From the NCBI GenBank assembly GCA_040754215.1, contig JBFMDE010000005.1, forward strand, positions 1-51,124: a stretch of 51,124 nt of DNA, in the 5' to 3' direction. Made by a program: the position numbers and the translations under genes. Source of the stretch: Chloroflexota bacterium. Lineage in GTDB: Bacteria > Chloroflexota > Dehalococcoidia > JACPPY01. How positions within the stretch are numbered: position 1 is the stretch's first letter; each line of letters begins with the position of its first letter. Below, in pieces: positions 37,993 to 47,024 of the stretch. The notes below the pieces were generated by a model. That model searched no databases. It was not told where the DNA came from and was given only the letters and a program-made list of their open reading frames with translations.

Positions 37993-38835
37993 ATGGGTGC
38001 CTTGTATGTTGTGGCCACCCCAATAGGCAATCTGGAGGATATAACCCTGAGGGCCCTCCGCGTCCTGGGCCAGGTCGGCCTGATTGCCGCTGAGGATACG
38101 CGCAGGACACGGCGGCTTCTCTCTGTTCATGGCATCCGGACGCCCGTGACCAGCTATCACGAGCATAACAAGAGGACGAAGCTGAAGTACCTGCTGAGGC
38201 GTCTGGGAGAGGGCGACGTAGCCCTGGTCTCGGAGGCAGGGATGCCCGGGCTGAGTGACCCCGGATATGAGCTTATCGCCTCGGCCATTGCCACGGGAAC
38301 GGAGGTCGTTCCAGTGCCCGGCCCTTCGGTAGTGCTCACTGCCCTGGTGGTGTCGGGTCTGCCAACCAGCCAGTTCACCTTCCTGGGGTTTCTGCCGCGC
38401 CGTCAGGGTGAGCGGAGACGTCTGCTCTCCTCTGTGGCCGGCGAGGGTCGCACCCTGGTTGCCTTTGAGGCGCCCCATCGCCTCGAGGGGTCGTTGCAGG
38501 ATGTGCTGTCGGTATTGACTGATAGGCGGATAGCGGTGTGCCGTGAGATGACCAAGGTGCATGAAGAGGTCTTCCGTGGGACGGTGTCCGGAGCATTACA
38601 GCACTTCACCGAGCCACGGGGTGAGTTCACATTGGTCATCGAAGGAGCGCCGACCGGCGAGGGGCATGGCCAGTGTGCGGGTATCGAGCTTGAACAGGAG
38701 GTGCTGGGGCTCTGTCGCCAGGGAATGAGGCTTAAGGAGGCCGTGGAACAGGTTGCTGTCAGGGCTGGAGTCTCCAAGAGGGTTCTATACCAGCGGTGTA
38801 AGGGGAAGCCCGGGGTCGCCAATAGCACGGGCTGA
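37993..38835 (+). CDS. rsmI: 16S rRNA C1402 2'-O-methyltransferase
   Basis: LYVVATPIGNLEDITLRA, AEDTR, SEAGMPGLSDPG, FEAPHR, REMTKVHEE. Confidence 0.96.
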   Translation: MGALYVVATPIGNLEDITLRALRVLGQVGLIAAEDTRRTRRLLSVHGIRTPVTSYHEHNKRTKLKYLLRRLGEGDVALVSEAGMPGLSDPGYELIASAIATGTEVVPVPGPSVVLTALVVSGLPTSQFTFLGFLPRRQGERRRLLSSVAGEGRTLVAFEAPHRLEGSLQDVLSVLTDRRIAVCREMTKVHEEVFRGTVSGALQHFTEPRGEFTLVIEGAPTGEGHGQCAGIELEQEVLGLCRQGMRLKEAVEQVAVRAGVSKRVLYQRCKGKPGVANSTG

Positions 38836-38908
38836 TGAGACCGTAGCCGATAAGGGACATGAGTTGTGGGCAACGTTGGACTGATAACGGAGAGATAGGA
38901 GGGATCGA

Positions 38909-39184
38909 ATGCGCCGTGGATGCATGTCGGCGGGGGATACATTATGTGACAACTGTGGCAGGATGGTGAAACACCCCGACCAGTACCTGGCCCTCGATGA
39001 GAGTGACCTGTTGACCGGGGATGGCATGGTTGAAGAGCTACAGAAGGAAAGGCCGGAGCGGTTTGCGGACCTCAAGGCGAAACATGGGCCGTTGCACCTG
39101 TGTTTCGAGTGTGCTCTGAAGAAGGGCTACGCTCGATATCGGGTTGACAAGGGCGAGAAGTCGGTCACCTTTTTCGAGAAGTAA
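38909..39184 (+). CDS. Small hypothetical protein with two CxxC pairs (possible Zn finger)
   Basis: Strong RBS AGGAGGG. CDNC and CFEC. Fills the rsmI-metG gap. Confidence 0.75.
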   Translation: MRRGCMSAGDTLCDNCGRMVKHPDQYLALDESDLLTGDGMVEELQKERPERFADLKAKHGPLHLCFECALKKGYARYRVDKGEKSVTFFEK

Positions 39185-39264
39185 ATGGTGTGTGATAGAA
39201 TTGACCGACGTCTGGCTTCGGTGTGGATGGGGTCGGGGTGGTGGCGAGGCGTGCGGGGTTTCGA

Positions 39265-40953
39265 TTGAGAGAACGGATTTTCATCGGTGTAGCCTGGCCG
39301 TATGCCAACGGGCCTTTGCATCTGGGGCATATAGCGGGGGCATACCTGCCGGCGGATATATTCGCGCGCTATCACCGCCTCAAGGGCGATTCGGTATTGA
39401 TGGTCTCGGGCAGCGACCAGCACGGCACGCCGATCACCATTGCCGCCAGCCAGGAGGGGACCACCCCCCAGGAGATAGCGTCGAAGTACCACAAGCAGTT
39501 CCTCGAGAGCTGGCGGAAGCTCGGCATCTCATTCGACCTCTTCACCACCACCGGCACCGCGAACCATGCAGAGGTCACCCATGACATCTTCCTGACCTTG
39601 CTCCGTAAGGGTTACATATACAAGTCCAGCGTGCCCCAGGCCTATTGCCCCAGGTGCCTTCGTTTCCTGCCGGACAGGTATGTAGAGGGTACCTGCCCCC
39701 TCTGCGCGAGCGTCCGGGCGAGGGGTGACCAGTGTGACGAATGTGGCAAACCGTTGAACACGCCAGAGCTGCTGAACCCCCGGTGCAGCCTGTGTACTAC
39801 TGCCCCTGAGTTCCGCGAGTCCGAGCACTTCTTCCTCCGGCTGAGCGCTTTCGAAGACAACCTGCTACCGTGGATAAGAGGCCAGTCCCACTGGAGACAG
39901 GCCGTTCAGAACTTCACCCTCCGTTTCGTCGAGGGAGGGCTCAAGGACAGGGCTATCACAAGAGACATCGAATGGGGCGTCTCCGTTCCACAGCCCGGTT
40001 TTGAGAACAAACGTATCTACGTCTGGTTTGAGGCGGTGGTCGGCTATCTTTCGGCAAGCAAGGAATGGGCCAAGCTCGATGGCGATGCTGACAGGTGGCG
40101 TTCCTTCTGGACCGGGGAGGCACGTGGTTACTACTTCATAGGCAAGGACAACATCCCCTTCCATACCATCATCTGGCCGGCGATGTTGACGGGTTACGGG
40201 GGGCTCAACCTGCCATATGATGTGCCTGCCAATGAGTTTCTGACCATTGAAGGGAAGAAGCTCTCCACCAGCCGCAGGTGGGCGGTGTGGCTGGATGACT
40301 ACCTGAAGCGATACGACCCCGACCCGCTGCGCTATTATCTCTCGGCGAACATGCCTGAGACCGGGGATGCTGATTTCTCGTGGATGGAGTTCGTACGCCG
40401 CAACAATGGCGAGCTGGTGGGAACATATGGAAACCTGGCCCACCGGGTACTGGCATTTCTCCAGCGTAACTTTGACGGGCGGGTACCCACGCCAGGCGCT
40501 CTGGACGAACGAAGCCAGGGCCTGCTCGACCAGGTGGGGAGGACGCTGGAGGACGTAGATGCCATGTTTTCGCAGTGCCGTTTCCGCGAGGTGGTGCGAA
40601 GTGCGATGTCCCTGGCACAGGAGGCCAATCGCTATCTGGACGAGAAGGCACCCTGGAGGTCGCTGGCGATGGACCCCCGGGGCGCCGCGACGAGCCTGTA
40701 CGTGGTCCTCGCGGTACTGTCCGGCCTGAAGATAGCCTTTTACCCCTTCCTGCCCTTCAGTTCCGAGAAGCTGCATGCCTTTCTGGGGTGTGAGGGGAGC
40801 GTGCAGGACGGGGGCTGGAAGCTTCAGATGCCTGAGCCTGGTCGGGCGTTGCCCTCCCCAACGCCCCTGTTCGTCAAGCTTGAGGAGCGGGTTGCGGAGG
40901 AGGAGGTGGCCCGGATGGGCCAGGGTATCGGGCATGGTGCCCCTGGTACGTGA
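39265..40953 (+). CDS. metG: Methionine--tRNA ligase
   Basis: AWPYANGPLHLGH, GSDQHGTPI, Zn knuckles, YVWFEA, GKDNIPFH, KLSTS. No C-terminal tRNA-binding domain. TTG start at 39265 preferred. Confidence 0.96.
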   Translation: MRERIFIGVAWPYANGPLHLGHIAGAYLPADIFARYHRLKGDSVLMVSGSDQHGTPITIAASQEGTTPQEIASKYHKQFLESWRKLGISFDLFTTTGTANHAEVTHDIFLTLLRKGYIYKSSVPQAYCPRCLRFLPDRYVEGTCPLCASVRARGDQCDECGKPLNTPELLNPRCSLCTTAPEFRESEHFFLRLSAFEDNLLPWIRGQSHWRQAVQNFTLRFVEGGLKDRAITRDIEWGVSVPQPGFENKRIYVWFEAVVGYLSASKEWAKLDGDADRWRSFWTGEARGYYFIGKDNIPFHTIIWPAMLTGYGGLNLPYDVPANEFLTIEGKKLSTSRRWAVWLDDYLKRYDPDPLRYYLSANMPETGDADFSWMEFVRRNNGELVGTYGNLAHRVLAFLQRNFDGRVPTPGALDERSQGLLDQVGRTLEDVDAMFSQCRFREVVRSAMSLAQEANRYLDEKAPWRSLAMDPRGAATSLYVVLAVLSGLKIAFYPFLPFSSEKLHAFLGCEGSVQDGGWKLQMPEPGRALPSPTPLFVKLEERVAEEEVARMGQGIGHGAPGT

Positions 40954-40987
40954 TGTCTGGCGAGGTATAAGGAGTACATAGGTCACG

Positions 40988-41950
40988 GTGGACATCTCTA
41001 GTATCTATGAGCCTGTTCAGAGTGGGCTGGAGAAGGTGGAGGAGAGGCTGTGGCAGCTCGGCGCGGCGGACTCGGGCGCATTGAAGGAGTTGCTCCAGCA
41101 TGTGCTGGGCCAGAGTGGGAAACGCCTCCGCCCGGCGCTGACGTTGCTCGTCGGGAAGGCCTGCGACTGTGACCCTGAGTCGCTCGTCCCGATGGCCACT
41201 GCTGTGGAACTGTTCCACACTGCAACCCTGGTGCACGATGACACCGTTGACGGCTCTGCTTTGCGGCGTGGCAGGCCGACGGTAAGCAGCGTATGGGGCG
41301 GTGGTCGGGCTGTCCTGTTTGGTGACTACCTTTTTGCCTTGGCTGCGGAGCTGGCATCTACCACCGGCGACTTGCGGGTGGTGACACTATTTGCGCAGAC
41401 ACTGAGGACGGTATCGAGCAGCGAGCTGGGCCAGAGCTTGAGGGGATTCGACCTCTCGCAGACGAAGCAGAGGTACTACGACAGCATCGCTTCCAAGACC
41501 GCCTCTCTATTCGTTCTGGCTACGGAGTCTGCTGCGATACTCAGCCGGGTGCCGGAAGAGCTGGTCGTGGCTTGTCGCAACTACGGTTACAGCCTGGGTA
41601 TGGCTTTTCAGGTCGTGGATGACATCCTGGACTTTGTAGGTGTGGAGGAGGACCTGGGCAAGCCTGTGGGCGCAGACCTGCTTCAGGGCGTGGTGACATT
41701 GCCGGTGATACTCGCTATCGAGTGTAACCTGGGGGACAACAGGGTTGTGCAGGCGGTAGCACAGAGAGACGCACAGAGCCTGAGGGCGCTTCTGGAGATG
41801 GCAAGGGAGGCCTCGCTGATAGGGGAGTCTTACAAGGTAGCCGGCGAGTTCTGCTCCACCGCACGGGCCTGCGCCGAGAGGTTGCCTGAAGGACGTGCCC
41901 GTCAGTCTTTGATTGACCTGACGCGGTATGTCACCGAGAGGAAGAAGTAG
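40988..41950 (+). CDS. Trans-polyprenyl diphosphate synthase (HepT/IspB-like)
   Basis: GKRLRP, HTATLVHDDTVD...RRG, KTASLF, AFQVVDDILD, GKPVGADL. Confidence 0.92.
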   Translation: MDISSIYEPVQSGLEKVEERLWQLGAADSGALKELLQHVLGQSGKRLRPALTLLVGKACDCDPESLVPMATAVELFHTATLVHDDTVDGSALRRGRPTVSSVWGGGRAVLFGDYLFALAAELASTTGDLRVVTLFAQTLRTVSSSELGQSLRGFDLSQTKQRYYDSIASKTASLFVLATESAAILSRVPEELVVACRNYGYSLGMAFQVVDDILDFVGVEEDLGKPVGADLLQGVVTLPVILAIECNLGDNRVVQAVAQRDAQSLRALLEMAREASLIGESYKVAGEFCSTARACAERLPEGRARQSLIDLTRYVTERKK

Positions 41951-41961
41951 GGCTGGGCTGT

Positions 41962-43821
41962 CTATGGTCGTGTTGCCGGTGCTGCCTGAGGAGTGGGTGT
42001 GGGGGGATAGGCGCTAAGAACGGCTTCCAGGTCTGAGCTCTCCAGCGTTTCCTGTGTTACCAGCCGTTCGCAGAGCTTGTCCAGCGTGGTCCTGTTGTTG
42101 CTGAGGATACGCCTCGCACGGACGTCGGCTTCGTCAATGAAGCGCTGGACTTCGCGGTCAATGTCCAGGGCCACCCTCTCGCTATAGTTCCGCTGCTCGG
42201 TGATCTCGCGGCCCAGGAAGACAAGCTCTTCTCTCTTGCCGAAGGTCCTGGGGCCGAGCTTCTCGCTCATGCCGTACTTCGTCACCATCTCTCTGGCACG
42301 TAGGGTGGCCTTCTCGAGGTCGTTCTGTGCTCCGGTGCTGAAATCGTTGAAGACCATCTGTTCGGCGGCGCGCCCGGCGAGGAGTACGGTCAGCTCCGCT
42401 TCGAACTGTGTCCGTGTCCTGATGTGGCGGTCTTCGGTCGGCAACTGATGTACATAGCCTAGTGCCAGGCCTCTGGCTACGATTGATATCTTGTGCACGG
42501 GGTCCGCGTTGGGGGTCAGCCGTGCCACCAGCGCATGTCCTGCCTCGTGGTAGGCCGTTATTTCCTTCTCCTTGGGGCTGATGACACGTGTTTTCTTCTC
42601 AGGCCCTGCTATCACGCGGTCTACGGCTTCTTCAAAATCGCTCATGTGTATTGCTTTTCTGTCCCGCCTGGCAGCCAGGATAGCCGCCTCGTTGACCACG
42701 TTGGCAAGGTCGGCGCCGCTGAAACCCGGAGTCAGCTTTGCTATCTTATCCAGCAATACCGAGGGGTCCAGAGGCTTCCCCCGCGTGTGTACCTTGAGGA
42801 TGCCGGTGCGCCCGTTGATGTCGGGCGAATCGAGCACTACCAGGCGGTCGAACCGGCCGGGGCGCAGCAGTGCCGGGTCCAGGATGTCGGGACGATTTGT
42901 CGCTGAGAGGACGATAACGTTGGTGCTGGTGTCGAAACCATCCATCTCCACCAGTATCTGGTTCAGGGTCTGCTCACGCTCGTCGTGGCTGCCACCCAGG
43001 CCAGCACCGCGGTGGCGGCCCACGGCGTCGATCTCATCCACGAACACGATGCATGGCGCGTGACGCTTTGCCTGGTCGAACAGGTCTCTGACCCTGGAAG
43101 CGCCCACTCCGACGAACATCTCCACGAACTCGCTACCGCTTATGGAGAAGAATGGTACACCAGCTTCTCCAGCAACGGCGCGGGCGATGAGTGTTTTGCC
43201 GGTGCCCGGTGGCCCCACCAGGAGAACACCGCGCGGGATGCGAGCGCCCAGGGCCTGGAACTTCTGAGGGTTCTTAAGGAACTCCACTACCTCCTGGAGC
43301 TCCTGTTTTGCCTCGTCAACTCCGGCCACGTCGGCGAATGTGACGGTGGGCTTGTTTATGTTGAAGAGGCGTGCTTTGCTCCTGCCGAAGTTGAAGGCCT
43401 GAGTGTTAGCGCCGCGGGCGGTGCGGAAGAAGAGGAAGAACAACGCGACCAGGAAGAACAGCGGCAGGATATTCAGCAGCAGGTTACCCCAACTGAAGCC
43501 ACCGCTGGCCTTCACGTCCAGCAGCACCCCGTTCTCTCCACCTATCTGCACACCCTCGGCTACCAGGATATCGCGCAGGTCTTTGGTGCCGCCGAAGAAA
43601 GAAGCCTTCATCCTTTCCTCGTCGGCCTTCAAGCCGATGAGGGTCTCACCATCCTCGCGGATCGTGTCTATCTGTCCGGCCCGTGCCGCCGCGATGAACT
43701 CATGGAGTGGGACAGTGGGAGTCTTCTTGGATAGCGGGTTGAAGATGCTGGTGAAGACCACCACTGCACCCACCAGGAGCACCAGATATAGGAGGCTGTT
43801 ACGCAACCAGTTCTTGCTCAC
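41962..43821 (-). CDS. ftsH: ATP-dependent zinc metalloprotease FtsH
   Basis: Two TM helices, [27 protein letters not shown]. Confidence 0.97.
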   Translation of the reverse strand: MSKNWLRNSLLYLVLLVGAVVVFTSIFNPLSKKTPTVPLHEFIAAARAGQIDTIREDGETLIGLKADEERMKASFFGGTKDLRDILVAEGVQIGGENGVLLDVKASGGFSWGNLLLNILPLFFLVALFFLFFRTARGANTQAFNFGRSKARLFNINKPTVTFADVAGVDEAKQELQEVVEFLKNPQKFQALGARIPRGVLLVGPPGTGKTLIARAVAGEAGVPFFSISGSEFVEMFVGVGASRVRDLFDQAKRHAPCIVFVDEIDAVGRHRGAGLGGSHDEREQTLNQILVEMDGFDTSTNVIVLSATNRPDILDPALLRPGRFDRLVVLDSPDINGRTGILKVHTRGKPLDPSVLLDKIAKLTPGFSGADLANVVNEAAILAARRDRKAIHMSDFEEAVDRVIAGPEKKTRVISPKEKEITAYHEAGHALVARLTPNADPVHKISIVARGLALGYVHQLPTEDRHIRTRTQFEAELTVLLAGRAAEQMVFNDFSTGAQNDLEKATLRAREMVTKYGMSEKLGPRTFGKREELVFLGREITEQRNYSERVALDIDREVQRFIDEADVRARRILSNNRTTLDKLCERLVTQETLESSDLEAVLSAYPPTPTPQAAPATRP

Positions 43822-43977
43822 CTAACGAGAATTATATCAGAAAGTCAACCATACGGGAAAAAGGCAGCGGTAAGTCGTGTTGCATTGGTGATGGGAGAGT
43901 CCTTGCCTACGCCGTGGAGAACGCGGTAAGGGTGAGGACCGGTGGCTCCGGGGATAATGCTATCTGAATCGAGCTAC

Positions 43978-44217
43978 CTAGCGCGACTGCTGCTGTCCTT
44001 GTGGTTTCTCCGCTGGTTTCTGCACCTGTTGTGGGGCCTTGGATGAGTCTACCTCTTCCTCAAGCGCACGGGTGAAGTCGCGGCCTGCCTGGCTTACCCG
44101 ACGAGAGAAACGGCCCAGGGAGCGACCCACGTCCACTATCCTCTCCGGGCCGAAGACCAGGAGCGCCACGACCAGTATGATGAGTATCTCCCCCGGACCC
44201 ATCCCGAACAGGTCCAT
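43978..44217 (-). CDS. Twin-arginine translocase TatA/TatB-family subunit
   Basis: FGMGPGEILIILVVALLVFGPERI, then an amphipathic helix (TatB-like GPER). Confidence 0.85.
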   Translation of the reverse strand: MDLFGMGPGEILIILVVALLVFGPERIVDVGRSLGRFSRRVSQAGRDFTRALEEEVDSSKAPQQVQKPAEKPQGQQQSR

Positions 44218-44273
44218 TTGCCATGCCTGCCTTTACCTCGAGCTGAGAGGCCTGTTTTAGTATCCGGTCTGTG

Positions 44274-44483
44274 TTAGCTCTTCGCTTCTTTGTTCTCTGT
44301 CTGGGTGGACTGGGCTGTAGGGCTGGCGGCGGGCTTCGGCTCCTGAGGCTCCTCCTTGGCCTTTCTGAACTCCCGCATGCTCTTGCCGATGGCTCCGCCG
44401 ATCTGGGGCAGCTTGCCCACGCCGAAGATGATGAGCACGATCACCAGGATGATGATCAGCTCCGTGGGTCCGATTCTGGGCAT
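44274..44483 (-). CDS. tatA: Twin-arginine translocase TatA
   Basis: [38 protein letters not shown]. Confidence 0.93.
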   Translation of the reverse strand: MPRIGPTELIIILVIVLIIFGVGKLPQIGGAIGKSMREFRKAKEEPQEPKPAASPTAQSTQTENKEAKS

Positions 44484-44487
44484 ATCT

Positions 44488-45288
44488 TCACCTCCTCTGG
44501 CAGTATGCCAGGTTGTCAGCCTTCGACTCTACCCGCTCTGGGTGGGTATATACAGTGAACCGCTCGCCACGGGCATATCCTATCGCAGTGATGCCGAGCT
44601 CTCCGGCCAGCGAGATGGCGCGTCCGGTTATCGCCCCGCGGGATATCACAATCGGGGTAGCCATCCTGCCTGCCTTCAGCAGCATCTCCGAGGACACCCG
44701 GCCGGTGCTCAGAAGCACCCGGTCACGAGTCGGGATGCCCTTCAGGAGGCACTCCCCCAGGACCTTGTCCAGCGTATTGTGCCGCCCGATGTCCTCTGCC
44801 ACCACCAGCAACTCATCACCCTGCCCCAGCGCAGAGGCGTGAAGCCCGCCGTGTTCCCGGTGGGTATCGGCGGCATTGAGCAATCGCTTCATGAGTGACG
44901 TGACCTGTGAAGAGGGCACAACGAGGTTCGAGCTGATGCGAAGCTTCTTGGTGTTCCGGTCGGTGAGCGTCATGCCGCCCCCACAGCCGGAGGTCAGCGT
45001 CCGGGCCTGAGGTAGCTCGATGTCACCGCGGCTCAGGCGGACATCTACCTCGAGTTCATCGTCGCACACCTTCATGCTGGCGATGTCTTTCAGGCTTTCT
45101 ATGATGCCCTCGGAGTAGAGGAAGCCCAGCACCAGGAAGTTGATGTTGACTGGCGTGCACAGGACGGTGACCATCTCCTGACCGTTGACGTAGATGACCA
45201 CGGCGGCCTCGCGGGCCACCGAAGTGGACTCCTCGGTCCACTCGTCGCCCAGATAACGGCGGCAGGTCACCTGCTCGACTGCGCTCAT
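44488..45288 (-). CDS. fdhD: Formate dehydrogenase accessory sulfurtransferase
   Basis: [40 protein letters not shown]. Start at ATG 45288 or 45294. Confidence 0.93.
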   Translation of the reverse strand: MSAVEQVTCRRYLGDEWTEESTSVAREAAVVIYVNGQEMVTVLCTPVNINFLVLGFLYSEGIIESLKDIASMKVCDDELEVDVRLSRGDIELPQARTLTSGCGGGMTLTDRNTKKLRISSNLVVPSSQVTSLMKRLLNAADTHREHGGLHASALGQGDELLVVAEDIGRHNTLDKVLGECLLKGIPTRDRVLLSTGRVSSEMLLKAGRMATPIVISRGAITGRAISLAGELGITAIGYARGERFTVYTHPERVESKADNLAYCQRR

Positions 45289-45466
45289 CGGCATTCGCTT
45301 GTGTCCAGAGTGCTGCTGTGTGCTCCGGCTGCGACCGGGCCTCTTTGGCGAGGGCCGCAGCCCCATAATTCTAGTACGCGCTGCGGTGATTAATCAAACG
45401 GCGGCCGAGGACGGCCTTCGTCCGGCGCATTTTTCACCGAGGGGAGCGAGTCGTCGCCTGGGCGGG

Positions 45467-45541
45467 CTATTTTTTGCCTCCAGCCTTGCCCTTCCCCTTC
45501 TTCTGTGTCTTCTTTGGTTTCTTCACTTTCTTCTCGTTCAT
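45467..45541 (-). CDS. 24-aa lysine-rich peptide MNEKKVKKPKKTQKKGKGKAGGKK
   Basis: AGGAGG 5 nt before the ATG. 12 of 24 residues are Lys. Below the ORF-track length cutoff. Confidence 0.5.
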   Translation of the reverse strand: MNEKKVKKPKKTQKKGKGKAGGKK

Positions 45542-45550
45542 ATTTGCCTC

Positions 45551-45709
45551 CTATGAATCCACCCTTTTTTCGGGAGGGGTCTCTACCTGGGGCCGAGCCC
45601 TCTTCACCCATCCTTCGATCACCTGTTTCCACCTGGCGTAGTTATGCTTCTGCCCCTTGCCACGCAGGGCCTGGCGCTTCCGTTCCCGTCGTTCACCTTT
45701 AGTCTCCAC
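45551..45709 (-). CDS. 52-aa basic hypothetical protein METKGERRERKRQALRGKGQKHNYARWKQVIEGWVKRARPQVETPPEKRVDS
   Basis: GTG after GGAGAGGG. Its TAG overlaps the RBS of the next ORF (TAGGAGG). It is the C-terminal part of ORF-track 45551..45979. Confidence 0.5.
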   Translation of the reverse strand: METKGERRERKRQALRGKGQKHNYARWKQVIEGWVKRARPQVETPPEKRVDS

Positions 45710-45854
45710 TACCCTCTCCAAGTCCGCTGGCCAGGCTCCCGTCATGGCCGGCCTGTGCCAAAGAAGTCCCTTCTGGCTAGGGCCAATAATAACACGGTCG
45801 TGACTCGGTGATAAGACGCTGGCGTTTTGGAGCGCGTTGCTGTAGAAGGGCAAC

Positions 45855-46109
45855 CTACAGCCAAGAAGGGCGCTCCCCCCTACGATCATTCCTCCTCTCA
45901 AACTCATGCAACCATTCGAACGAGATGTCCGGCTGCATGTCAGCGCAGCAACGGTATACTTCCGGCACGTCTTCAGCATCCCTGATCCACTGCTTCATGT
46001 CATGCTCGGCGAGCCTTCTCCAGGGTGCCTCGTTATTCCTTTCGCGATAGTGTTCCCTACCGACGGGAACGTCGAATTCGAGTACCATCCTCACCCTTTG
46101 CCACCTCAT
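45855..46109 (-). CDS. Hypothetical protein (84 aa)
   Basis: AGGAGG RBS 7 nt before the ATG. Begins 25 nt after the nuclease-like gene. Confidence 0.6.
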   Translation of the reverse strand: MRWQRVRMVLEFDVPVGREHYRERNNEAPWRRLAEHDMKQWIRDAEDVPEVYRCCADMQPDISFEWLHEFERRNDRRGERPSWL

Positions 46110-46134
46110 ATTTCGACCTCCTTATGACCTCGCG

Positions 46135-46758
46135 CTAGAGCCAATGCGCTGTGGAAATTCGCTGAATTGGTGGGCCTCCAGCAACGCAAAGTATGTTGAG
46201 GGATGGGTGTTCCGCCTTCTGCTCTGTCAAATGCCTTTCCAAGTCCTGGAGGTACCTTTGCGCATGCGATCGGTTGAAGTCCATCTGCACGAAGTTCAGG
46301 TAGTAAACGCTCACGACTTTTGCCCCTGACTCACGTCCTTCAGAGGGAGTGAGCTTGTCGATATCCCACTTGATCGCTTCCCTTGAACGCTCGCTCAAGG
46401 GGTCGCTCAGCCATAGCTTCATCTCGACGGCAGCAAGTATGGTGACAGACGGCAGCCATTCATCCCATTCTGCGTCGAAGTCCAATTCCTTGACCTTGTC
46501 CCCAACGACTGATTCTCTGTCCAGCACCACAAGGTCATAGTGTCCCCTGGTCCTTCTCGCTTTTTCACGGTACTCCCATGTGGGGAACTCCGCCCTGATA
46601 AGTTGTGTAGGGTACTCTTCTCGAATATCGCCGTTGTCCTTTAGATGGTAAAACAGGCACCAATGGAGGTCACGCTCGTTCCATGACTTCTTCAGGCCAA
46701 CTTGGAAGTCGGCGACTACTTGGTCAATGGCTTTGAGGAGTGCAGGCTGAGTGTCCAT
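46135..46758 (-). CDS. Putative PD-(D/E)XK superfamily nuclease
   Basis: Motif order NERDL (helix E), IRAEFP, YDLVVLD, AVEMK, WDIDKL fits the restriction-endonuclease-like fold. TGgTAAAAT promoter at 46788-46796. Confidence 0.6.
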   Translation of the reverse strand: MDTQPALLKAIDQVVADFQVGLKKSWNERDLHWCLFYHLKDNGDIREEYPTQLIRAEFPTWEYREKARRTRGHYDLVVLDRESVVGDKVKELDFDAEWDEWLPSVTILAAVEMKLWLSDPLSERSREAIKWDIDKLTPSEGRESGAKVVSVYYLNFVQMDFNRSHAQRYLQDLERHLTEQKAEHPSLNILCVAGGPPIQRISTAHWL

Positions 46759-47024
46759 CTTTCATTCACGTCTCCGAATACCACTTTATTTTACCACCCC
46801 TGGGACACTTCCACGCCGTCATTTTATGGCGTCCGCATCCCAGCCGCGAGGGTTAAAGAATATCTCTACTCATACTTGCTCCAAAACAGCTACGCCTTCC
46901 ACCATAGCCACGACAGTGGTATGATGGGCCGTGCCAAAAGGACTCCCTTAACACAACCCCGGTCTGTTCTTATGGTGGCAATATGGTAAACTGAGTGGTC
47001 TAATTAACCATATCCGGCAGGAGT

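Noticed and set aside
45449-45475. Plus-strand intrinsic terminator (weak hairpin plus T run)
   Set aside because: The stem is weak, the T run is explained by Lys codons of the minus-strand peptide, and no plus-strand gene precedes it.
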